NCBI GenBank assembly: GCA_016869045.1
Contig: VGFC01000003.1
Coordinates: forward strand, 2,170-66,169
From: Armatimonadota bacterium
GTDB taxonomy: Bacteria > Armatimonadota > Zipacnadia > Zipacnadales > VGFC01
Direction of reading: 5' to 3'
Length of the DNA: 64,000 nucleotides
The position numbers were made by a program, and so were the translations under genes. This document shows, one piece after another, positions 29,678 through 37,547 of the stretch (position 1 is its first letter; each line of letters starts with the position of its first letter). Below the pieces are notes generated by a model. It worked only from the letters and a program-made list of their open reading frames with translations, did no database searches and was not told the origin of the DNA.

Positions 29678-30604
29678 CTACGGCGCTTTGGGCTGATCCG
29701 GAGGCTGAGGGGCAGGAGGTGGGGCGGGTGGCTCCTCGCCGGGCTTTGCCTCTTCCTTCTTCTCGCGCTTGAAGGTGCCGATGATCGGGCCGGTCCAGAA
29801 GCGCTCGCCCTCGACTTCGACCTTGACCCAGGGCGTCGTGAAGGTGTTGCCGTTGTCCATGACGGCCTTCACGGGATCGCCCTTGAGGGTCAGCAGGTCG
29901 TCCTTCTCGACGTACTCGGCCTCCTCCCCGTAGACCTTCTTGTCCTCCTGCTCGGCGACGACGTTGCCCGTCGCCACGGCGCGCTTCTCCTCGTACCAGT
30001 AGCGGATCTGGTTGCAGGTGACGGTCGTCAGCTTCTCCTTGTACTCCTCCCACCGGCCCTCCTTCTGCTCGCCTTCCTTCGCGGGCTCGGCGGGGGCCTC
30101 GCCTGTGGCCTCGACTTCGGGCTTCGGTTCCTCCTTCTTCTTCTGCGTGAGGAGGCGCACGTTGCCGACGATGTCGGCGACCTCCTCGCCGAAGTCCGCC
30201 GTGATCAGGTCCCCGGTGATGGTCGTCTCGGGCTGCACGATCTTCAGGTTGCCCGTGGCGCGGGCGGTGTCCTCATCCTCGTTGTACTGGGCCTGATCGC
30301 AGTACAGGTGCGTGTCCTTGTGGCGGAAGTGGACGTTGCCCGTGAGGAAGTACAGGTTCTTCTCGGGGTCGTAGGTCATCAGGTCCGCGTGCTCGATGTG
30401 GACCGGTTCGTCGGCTACCTTCCCCTCCGCGTCCTGCTTCTCGGCGTCGGGAGGCTTCGCTTCGGGTCCCGCTGCCTTCGTGTCTGGTGGCGGCGGCTCC
30501 TGACCGGGCACGGTGACCACCAGCAACCCGCACAAGAGAGCGGCTGAGACGCTGATCCACCAGCGACTGCTCCGGCCCTCGGAGGTCCACCCCAAGTGTC
30601 TCAT
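29678..30604 (-). CDS. lptA: LptA/OstA family beta-jellyroll protein
   Basis: Signal peptide; repeated LTGNVHF, ATGNLKI, IVGNVRL, ATGNVVA strands; ATGA overlap with the lptC-like stop. Confidence 0.7.
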   Translation of the reverse strand: MRHLGWTSEGRSSRWWISVSAALLCGLLVVTVPGQEPPPPDTKAAGPEAKPPDAEKQDAEGKVADEPVHIEHADLMTYDPEKNLYFLTGNVHFRHKDTHLYCDQAQYNEDEDTARATGNLKIVQPETTITGDLITADFGEEVADIVGNVRLLTQKKKEEPKPEVEATGEAPAEPAKEGEQKEGRWEEYKEKLTTVTCNQIRYWYEEKRAVATGNVVAEQEDKKVYGEEAEYVEKDDLLTLKGDPVKAVMDNGNTFTTPWVKVEVEGERFWTGPIIGTFKREKKEEAKPGEEPPAPPPAPQPPDQPKAP

Positions 30605-31290
30605 GGCGAGTGCCCCGTCCGTTCCTTGGCTTCCTGAACGTCGATGACCATCTGTGGGTCCCGCAGGCGGAACCCGCCCGTCTCCAGCTTGTAGGTCAGG
30701 TCCCGCCCGACTCCCTCGCTGCGGTCCGTCTGCATGCGGATCTGGTTTGGGCAGTACACCGTCTGCGTCGGCGTGTCGAACCGCAGCCCGGCGGTGATGA
30801 CGGTGACCTTGTCCTGCGTGCGCAACATCACCTGCCCGGGCGCGGTGAGATTGCGGCTCTTGTTGTCCCAATGCACCTGGTTGGTGGTGATGACGGCGCC
30901 CTTGGGCGAGACCACGCGCACGTTGCCCTCAACATCGAAGTCGTAGCTCGTGGTGTCGTACTTCACCGTGTTGGCGGTCACGCGTACGGCCGGGTGGCCC
31001 TGCTTGTCGTAGATGAGACCCTCTCGCATAGCGCCGGCAGTCACCGTCTGGCCACCCGTCTCAACGGACAGATGCGCGAGCTTCACTTTCCAGGTCGGTC
31101 GGCCGCCCTCGAAGTGCTCCGGCGCGAACTGCTCGACCTCAACGACCGGCTGCTTGCCCTCCTCCTGGGTCGGCCCGACGGTCCCGGGCGTCGCCCCCGC
31201 CGGCTGACGGCGCACATACAGGACCGCGCCGGCGATCAGGCCCACCAGAATGACGAGCAGCACGGTTGTCGTGAGGGCGCGGACGGACAC
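30601..31290 (-). CDS. lptC: LptC-like periplasmic LPS export protein
   Basis: GTG start, N-terminal TM anchor, WKVK..A, VEGNVRVVSPKGAVITTNQVHWD. Confidence 0.65.
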   Translation of the reverse strand: MSVRALTTTVLLVILVGLIAGAVLYVRRQPAGATPGTVGPTQEEGKQPVVEVEQFAPEHFEGGRPTWKVKLAHLSVETGGQTVTAGAMREGLIYDKQGHPAVRVTANTVKYDTTSYDFDVEGNVRVVSPKGAVITTNQVHWDNKSRNLTAPGQVMLRTQDKVTVITAGLRFDTPTQTVYCPNQIRMQTDRSEGVGRDLTYKLETGGFRLRDPQMVIDVQEAKERTGHSP

Positions 31291-31332
31291 AGAGTTGGCC
31301 TCTTGGCGCGGCGTTCCCAAAGGGTGCGCGGG

Positions 31333-31478
31333 AAGCACGGCACTGGGCGTGATGAATCACGCCCCTACACGGGGGCACGATGAATCGTGCCCCTACATGA
31401 CGGCGATCCACGGCCCTGCGCGAAGTAGGGGCGCGATTCATCGCGCCCGGTTGTGTAGAGGCGCCATTCATGGCGCCC
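31333..31478. repeat. Cluster of four GTAG-family REPs (BIME-like)
   Basis: gggcgtgatgaatcacgcccctac, ggggcacgatgaatcgtgcccctac, gtaggggcgcgattcatcgcgccc, gtagaggcgccattcatggcgccc. Confidence 0.85.
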
Positions 31479-31502
31479 GCCAACCCTTCTCATGCAGCGC
31501 CC

Positions 31503-32123
31503 CTACAGCGGCGGCGGCGGCGGGCCAAAGGAGAGCAGGACGTTGCCGAGGTCGGTGGTCTGGCCCGACGACACCGGCACGTTGAACCGGATGGTGCCGG
31601 CGGTGGTGCTTGGGTCGTAGAAGTTCACCTGCGCCGAACCGGCCGGGACGTTGTAGAGCGTGAAGCGACCCGATCCGTCCGCACGCGACAGCGCCGAGAT
31701 CGTACCGGACTGCACGATCCCGCCGCTGACCGCGGAGTTGTTCGAGGCCAACACGAGCCTGCCCGTGACGGCTCCCCGCCCAAGGTTCAGCGTGGGCGCC
31801 AGATACACGGTGCCCACGCTGTTCTGGCCGGCAGACAGCGTCACGGGCACGTTGGAGGAATCGTGGCCGCCCGCCGTCACACTCAGCATCTGGTTCCCGG
31901 TAGGCGCATCATTGATGGTGAAGCGCCCGTCGGCGCCGGTCTGCGCGCTCGCCGTGTTCCCGACGCGGGCCGTAGCGTTGGCGACCGGCGCCTGGGTTCC
32001 GTCGTCCACCACGCGACCGGTCACGGTCGCGACTCCCCCTCCGGCGCCGCTGCCGCCGCAGCCCGTGATCGTAGCCGCGAGGAAGCCGGCAAGTAGCACC
32101 GCGATTGAGACTCGTGCAGTCAT
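31503..32123 (-). CDS. Lipoprotein with two carboxypeptidase-regulatory-like domains
   Basis: Lipobox ITGC; VTGRVVD..PVANA..TGADGRFTI..; ends FGPPPPPL. Confidence 0.8.
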   Translation of the reverse strand: MTARVSIAVLLAGFLAATITGCGGSGAGGGVATVTGRVVDDGTQAPVANATARVGNTASAQTGADGRFTINDAPTGNQMLSVTAGGHDSSNVPVTLSAGQNSVGTVYLAPTLNLGRGAVTGRLVLASNNSAVSGGIVQSGTISALSRADGSGRFTLYNVPAGSAQVNFYDPSTTAGTIRFNVPVSSGQTTDLGNVLLSFGPPPPPL

Positions 32124-32206
32124 GGGAGTCCCTCAGTTCGGCTCTGGTTTTCACTACAAGCCATGCGACGCCTGTGCCCGGCTCAGCCCCGCCTGGGCCC
32201 CACGGC

Positions 32207-32818
32207 CTACGGCTGCATGGGGTGCTCGTATCGGGGCGCAAGCAGGACCTGTCCGACGTCCACCGTGGCGCGGGGCGTCACCGTGACGGTGCGCTGCGCG
32301 CTGTCCCAGTCGCTGGACTGGAAGTCGATCTGGCGCGTGCCGGCAGGGACGTTGTACAGCGTGAAGCGACCAGCGCCGTCGATGTCGGATCGCGAGACTG
32401 CCCACGCTCTGCCGCACTGAATGCGTGCCCCGCGGACGGGGCCCTCCTGGAAACGCGCAACGGTCCCCGTCACCGCCCCGCAGTGCGCGCGCAGCGTCGG
32501 TGCGATGCGCGCTGTGGTGTCGGGTAGGCGCTTCGGCACCACCACGGTGAGCGGGTCGTAGCCGGTGGCCACGACGAACAGCCCCCGCTCTCCCGCGGGC
32601 ACGCCGTCGAGCCTGAACTCACCCCGGGCGTTCGTCTGCGTGCTCGGCCCGTGGTGGACGCTCACCGTGGCGTTGGCAACGGGCCACTCTGTTCCGTCAT
32701 CCACAACCTGACCCCAGATGCTCCTGACGCCCCCGCCTCCATCCCCGCCACCACAGCCGACCAACAGGGATACCGCCGCACCGGCAAGTAGTACCGCGAG
32801 TAACCCTCGGCAGCTCAC
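32207..32818 (-). CDS. Lipoprotein, paralog of 31503..32123
   Basis: GTG start with RBS; lipobox LVGC; shares VVDDGT..PVANAT and GRFTLYNVPAG. Confidence 0.75.
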   Translation of the reverse strand: MSCRGLLAVLLAGAAVSLLVGCGGGDGGGGVRSIWGQVVDDGTEWPVANATVSVHHGPSTQTNARGEFRLDGVPAGERGLFVVATGYDPLTVVVPKRLPDTTARIAPTLRAHCGAVTGTVARFQEGPVRGARIQCGRAWAVSRSDIDGAGRFTLYNVPAGTRQIDFQSSDWDSAQRTVTVTPRATVDVGQVLLAPRYEHPMQP

Positions 32819-32859
32819 AACGACTCCCCCTTTCCCGGTCTCCGTCAGCAGTGCGATCC

Positions 32860-33246
32860 CTAGCCGACCCCCGCCGGGCGCCACGTCGGTTGGAGCTGGT
32901 AGTAGTACCTGACCCGCACGACGGCCGTCGGCGGGACGATACGCCGGAAGATGATGCGGCCGATCTCCCGGTCCACGTCGTAGTCCGCGCCCTCCTGCTG
33001 CTCGACGCCATCGACGAGCACCAGGAGGGCCTCGCGGACGATCGTCTCCTTGCCATTCACGACGGCCCTCGCCCCATCGGCGAGGAGGGGCTGGAACCGC
33101 AAGTCGAACGGCCCCGTCGAGCCGGAGCCCTGGAAGAGGTCCTCGCTGAACCGGGCCGTATCCTGCAGCGCTCCGCCGCTGCAGCCAGCGAGTCCGACCA
33201 GCGTGAGGCCCACCAGCGGTACCGCGAGCCGCATCCCGGCGCGCAA
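32860..33246 (-). CDS. Small lipoprotein made of one SprA-like repeat domain
   Basis: Lipobox LAGC; mature part aligns with 39991-40262 of the large barrel gene (63/91 identities by manual count). Confidence 0.8.
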   Translation of the reverse strand: MRAGMRLAVPLVGLTLVGLAGCSGGALQDTARFSEDLFQGSGSTGPFDLRFQPLLADGARAVVNGKETIVREALLVLVDGVEQQEGADYDVDREIGRIIFRRIVPPTAVVRVRYYYQLQPTWRPAGVG

Positions 33247-33274
33247 GGCACTCCCTCCCCCGTCCTACACGGCC

Positions 33275-34465
33275 TCAAGGCGCCGTGATCACGAAGTCCA
33301 CGCCCGTCTTCACGCGGCCGGCGCCCTTAAGCTCCACGGACTTGGTGATCGTGACGCCCTTGAAGGAGACCTCGATCACGTACTGCCCGCGTGGGACGAA
33401 CAGGCCGTACTCGCCGGCGGCATTCGTGACGGCGGTGTCGATGACCTGGTCTGTCGCGTCGTCGATGGCCTTGACGGTCGCGCCAGCGTTGTCCGGGTTG
33501 TTGAGAATCGTGACCGTCCCGCTGATCGTCGCCGGGCCGGGCGGAGGCTTGGCCTCGCTCGGCGCGAGCTGGACCTGCAGGTCCGACATCCCCGGCGTGA
33601 CGGTCACCGTGTCGCTGAAGGGATCGTAGTCGGTCGCGGTGACCTGGATGGTCTGGTCGCCGACCGGGACCTCGATCAGCGCGAAGTGCCCATCCTGATC
33701 GGTCGTTGCAGGCCCCACGCCGCCGATTGTTACGCTTGCGTCCTCGATCGGATCGCGGGTGATCAGGTCGGTCACGCGGCCGGAGACGTTCGCCTTGCTG
33801 GTGGTGGCGACGAGCTTGAAGTCCAAGGCGGGGTTGGTGCCCTCGCCCTGCGCAACCACGATCTGCTTCGTGTTCGTCAGGAAGCCCTGGGCGGTCGCCG
33901 TGGCCAGCGTCGCGCCCGTGGGCACGCCGCGAACGGTGTACTCGCCCGCGTTGTCGGTGGCCGCCTTGATGCCCTCCGGCGTGCCGGGAATGTCCGGCGC
34001 GAACTCCAGGCGCACGTTCGCCACCGGGTTGCCGCTGTCCAGGTTGGTGACGGCGCCGGAGACCGTGCCGGTGGTGCTCGGGTCGGCCGCCTCCATGTCC
34101 ACCTGCGTCTGTGTCGTGCCGTTGGGGTTGAGCTGCAGGTCCTCGAAGTAGGTGACAAAACCCTCCGCGTTCACGGTGAGCGGCTGGGTCGGCGGATCGG
34201 AGTTGCCGAAGGGCACAGCCGACACACGGACTCCCTGGTCTCCTGCGGCCGTCGTGGCCTTCTCACCCCCGATGACCACGGTGGCCTCGACCCCGAGGGG
34301 CTCCCCGTTGTCGGCCCGGAGAATCGTGACGTCGATGGTCGCCTTTCCCGCGTCCGGGCCCGGGTTGATCTTGATCATGCTGGCGCTGCACCCGGCCAGG
34401 AGGGGCAACAAGGCCCAGGCCAGTGCGCGACAGTGGTTCGGGTTGCGGATGAGGGAGCGGACCAC
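33275..34465 (-). CDS. Lipoprotein with about four carboxypeptidase-regulatory-like domains
   Basis: Lipobox LAGC; repeated VSG.VT...P...TD..G.Y/F...VP.G. Confidence 0.85.
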   Translation of the reverse strand: MVRSLIRNPNHCRALAWALLPLLAGCSASMIKINPGPDAGKATIDVTILRADNGEPLGVEATVVIGGEKATTAAGDQGVRVSAVPFGNSDPPTQPLTVNAEGFVTYFEDLQLNPNGTTQTQVDMEAADPSTTGTVSGAVTNLDSGNPVANVRLEFAPDIPGTPEGIKAATDNAGEYTVRGVPTGATLATATAQGFLTNTKQIVVAQGEGTNPALDFKLVATTSKANVSGRVTDLITRDPIEDASVTIGGVGPATTDQDGHFALIEVPVGDQTIQVTATDYDPFSDTVTVTPGMSDLQVQLAPSEAKPPPGPATISGTVTILNNPDNAGATVKAIDDATDQVIDTAVTNAAGEYGLFVPRGQYVIEVSFKGVTITKSVELKGAGRVKTGVDFVITAP

Positions 34466-34474
34466 TTCGGACTC

Positions 34475-37400
34475 CTAGCGGTTGACCCAGGTTCTGCCGA
34501 TCCCGTGCGCGACCTGGCCATCCTCTGACCGCGCCGTCAGCTCGATCAGATACGCCCCGTTGGGCACCGGCGCGCCGGTGGCACCACGGAGGTTCCACAC
34601 CAAGGTCGAGCAGCCCGTGGTCTGCGGCTTGTCTAACACCAGGTCCCGGACCGGGCGACCCGCGATGTTCAGAATGCGCACGCTGACGGCGGCATCCGCC
34701 GAGAGCGCGTAGGTGATGGCCATGCTCTGCCCGCTCTGGGCGCCAATCAGGCCCGTCACGGCGAGGTTGGCGCCCTTGTCCCGACGCAGGACGATCTCCA
34801 GGCCGCACGGCGTGCCGGTTCCCGTGAACTCATACCCGCCGGAGGTGCGCATGTACACGGTACGGCCGCGCGCTCGGTCAAGCAGCACGGGCCGGAACTC
34901 CTGGGGTACCTGCGACAGGTCCGGCCAGCGCAGGCGCGCGCGCACCCCTCGCGGGAGGTTGGCCACGCGCAGCTTCCAGGGGCCGCGCGCTCGGGGGCCG
35001 CGGAAGTCGGAGGCATACTCGCCCGCGTTGGGGCCCCAGTCGTCGTTCGCGAAGTGCAGCGTCGGCTGGTCGCCGAAGGGCGGGGGCGCCTGCAGGTCAC
35101 ACCGGGCATCGAAGCCGTCGCCCGCGGACCGGGCGGCACCCATCGTGGCCGTGCTGCGAGAACTGCCGACGTCCAACGTCAGCGCCGTCTGCCAGAGGGT
35201 CTTGCCGAAGGGCGAGCTGTCCGCCGAGGCGGTCCGCTCCTTGGTAGATGCGGCCGCAGTGCTCGTCGGGAAGAGGAGCGTGGCGCCCTCGGGCAGCAGG
35301 CAACGCAGCCAGTAGCCCTCGAAGGGCTTCAGCTTCTGGGTCAGCTCATAGCCGGACTGCTGGCTGTAGGCCCACAGGCCGCCCTGGACCCAACCGTCGG
35401 TGATCGCGTCCGCGAAGGGCTCCGAGTCCGCCGCGCCGCGCTGGACCAGCAGTTCCCCCAGGTCCACGTTCCGGTTGCGCGCGCAGCCGATCATGTTCCA
35501 GCCCGCATTCATCTTGACCGGGACGTCGTCGCTGTCCGGCGGCAGGATGCCGTCCACGGCGATGGTCACGTCCGACAGCACGCGCAGCCAGTACCCGAGG
35601 CCCGGCGCCAGCGGGTCGATGGTCGGGTAGATGTCGTACGTGCCGCCGCCGGGCGCATTGGGCTTCCAGCGGGCAAGCAGGAGCTTGTCGTTGGGGATGC
35701 CCAACGCGCGCGCCGGGTCCTGCTCGATGCACCAGAGCGGCACCGAGATCATGTAGAGCCCGTTCGTCCCCACCGGGAGGTTCTTGGCCAGCGCACTGCG
35801 CGCGCCGGCCGGGAAGAGAACGTCGTACGAGTCGAAGGCCACGTTCACCTTGCGGGTGACCTGGTTGCCCTTGCCGTCGTCGAAGGTGATCTCAAGCTGC
35901 GTCGGCGAGAGCCCCGTGTCGCTGACGATTCCGCCCCACACGCCCCTCTTGACCTCCACATCGGTGAGGCCGTCGAGGCCGACAACGTTGATCGTTCCCT
36001 CGATCGGGCCGATGATGCAGCCGTAGAGGTTGTTCTCGCCCGGGTCGAAGCCGCGCACGCCGTACGGGAACGGATACCGCGCCCAGAGGCCGTTGATCTC
36101 GATCTGCACCGTAATGCGTTGCGGGCCGCCCACGTTGAAGAAGGTGGGCAGCAGGAAACCCTCTCCCGCGGAGTCCCCTGTCGCGGGGATCGTGATCTCG
36201 TTGCCCTCCTGGGCGAAGAGTGTGAGCGTGAAGTCGTAGTTGAAGTAGGTCGTGTACGCCGTGCCGCCCTTGGGGATTTCATCCCCCGTCGGAGTCGTCT
36301 CGTAGTGCTCGACGATCAGCGCCACCGCGTCCGTCAGCGGGATATTCCAACAGTACATCTTCGGGCCGACGGTCACGCTGGTATCCAGAGCATACTGCTG
36401 CCGGTACCACGACACGAAGGGGGAGCCCTCCACGTTCGGCAGCACCGTCTGGCAGACTTCCAGTAAGCTCGGCGTGTCGCCCGCGAGAGCGGTTTGCTCG
36501 CCGGCCGACAGCGAGTTCAGCTTCGCGTAGTACCGGGTGTTGAAGCGCAGGAAGAACTGCGGGTCCTCGGTGTAGCACTTGAACCAAGCCACCCGCGCCT
36601 CGGCGATGCGCCAGACGAGCATCCCGGAGAAGCCCGGGGGATACCAGGTGCTGTTGCCGAGCGGCGGCTGGTTCATCGGCTCATACACGGAGCCGGAGTA
36701 GAACGGCCCGGGGTTGGCGGGGTCGTAGCCGGGGGACGCGCCCGGGGAGATCTGCACCGCCGTCGCCGCAGCGCCGATCATCCCCTGCTCCCAGCTGTCG
36801 TAGAAGAGCGCCACGTCGTCGCGGAACGCGTTGAGGACGAGCATGATCAGGACGAACGAGTCCTCCGGGAAGTTGCCGGAGAGCTTCGGCAGCCGCAGCT
36901 CGTTCGTCGTCACATCATAGGTGCCGCCCTGCAGCGTCTGAAGGGTGTCGTCCTGGATGATCTTCACCGTGGTGTCGAAAGCCGGCGGGCCGTAGATCGC
37001 GCGGGCGATGGGCATCGCGTCGTCGAGGTAGGCCTGCAGGGCCTGCTCATCCGACGTGGACCAGCCCTCGTACTGGAAGGTGATGTTGTTGGCCGGGTCG
37101 CCGATCGTGACGCCGCTCGTGCGGGCGCGATAGAGGTCTGGCAGAATGGGTCGCCCGGCGCGCGTGTGCACGATCATACGGGGCACGCGCAGTTCGGCCC
37201 GAGGTTCGATCCCCCTGGTGCGCAGGAAGCGCACCGCCGCGGCGGCCTGGCTGAGCGCCCGCGGGGAGTGTTGCTGGGCGATGGCATCCCGCACGGCTTG
37301 CTTGCGGGCGGCCGTGTCGAGGACGGTCGAGGCAGGGCCGTCGACTACGATGGCGCCCTGCGGCCCATCGCTGATGGACGCGAAGGGAGCGTTCCACACG

Positions 37401-37528
37401 TTGCGGAACCCGTTCGGCCCACCGTAAGCCGCGCTGCCTAGAACGAGAGCGAGAACCGCCACCCCAAGAGCTGCTCGCCCTCGGAGACAGTCGTGCCGAG
37501 CCTTCTCCGCAACTCCACTACTCCGCAT
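34475..37528 (-). CDS. Large secreted protein with the shared C-terminal module and FlgD-Ig domain
   Basis: ATG at 37528, signal peptide ending GSAAYG; RILNIAGRPVRDL..WNLRGATGAPVPNGAY. Confidence 0.8.
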   Translation of the reverse strand: MRSSGVAEKARHDCLRGRAALGVAVLALVLGSAAYGGPNGFRNVWNAPFASISDGPQGAIVVDGPASTVLDTAARKQAVRDAIAQQHSPRALSQAAAAVRFLRTRGIEPRAELRVPRMIVHTRAGRPILPDLYRARTSGVTIGDPANNITFQYEGWSTSDEQALQAYLDDAMPIARAIYGPPAFDTTVKIIQDDTLQTLQGGTYDVTTNELRLPKLSGNFPEDSFVLIMLVLNAFRDDVALFYDSWEQGMIGAAATAVQISPGASPGYDPANPGPFYSGSVYEPMNQPPLGNSTWYPPGFSGMLVWRIAEARVAWFKCYTEDPQFFLRFNTRYYAKLNSLSAGEQTALAGDTPSLLEVCQTVLPNVEGSPFVSWYRQQYALDTSVTVGPKMYCWNIPLTDAVALIVEHYETTPTGDEIPKGGTAYTTYFNYDFTLTLFAQEGNEITIPATGDSAGEGFLLPTFFNVGGPQRITVQIEINGLWARYPFPYGVRGFDPGENNLYGCIIGPIEGTINVVGLDGLTDVEVKRGVWGGIVSDTGLSPTQLEITFDDGKGNQVTRKVNVAFDSYDVLFPAGARSALAKNLPVGTNGLYMISVPLWCIEQDPARALGIPNDKLLLARWKPNAPGGGTYDIYPTIDPLAPGLGYWLRVLSDVTIAVDGILPPDSDDVPVKMNAGWNMIGCARNRNVDLGELLVQRGAADSEPFADAITDGWVQGGLWAYSQQSGYELTQKLKPFEGYWLRCLLPEGATLLFPTSTAAASTKERTASADSSPFGKTLWQTALTLDVGSSRSTATMGAARSAGDGFDARCDLQAPPPFGDQPTLHFANDDWGPNAGEYASDFRGPRARGPWKLRVANLPRGVRARLRWPDLSQVPQEFRPVLLDRARGRTVYMRTSGGYEFTGTGTPCGLEIVLRRDKGANLAVTGLIGAQSGQSMAITYALSADAAVSVRILNIAGRPVRDLVLDKPQTTGCSTLVWNLRGATGAPVPNGAYLIELTARSEDGQVAHGIGRTWVNR

Positions 37529-37547
37529 CTCCGCATCTCCTGCCGTC

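Noticed and set aside
31333..31478. Repeat clusters here and at 52309-52568 as a CRISPR array
   Set aside because: The units are non-identical GTAG palindromes in mixed orientation with no unique spacers, and there are no cas genes.
19064..37528. FlgD-Ig domains as flagellar hook-cap genes
   Set aside because: They are C-terminal appendages on secreted proteins, and no flagellar genes are in the window.
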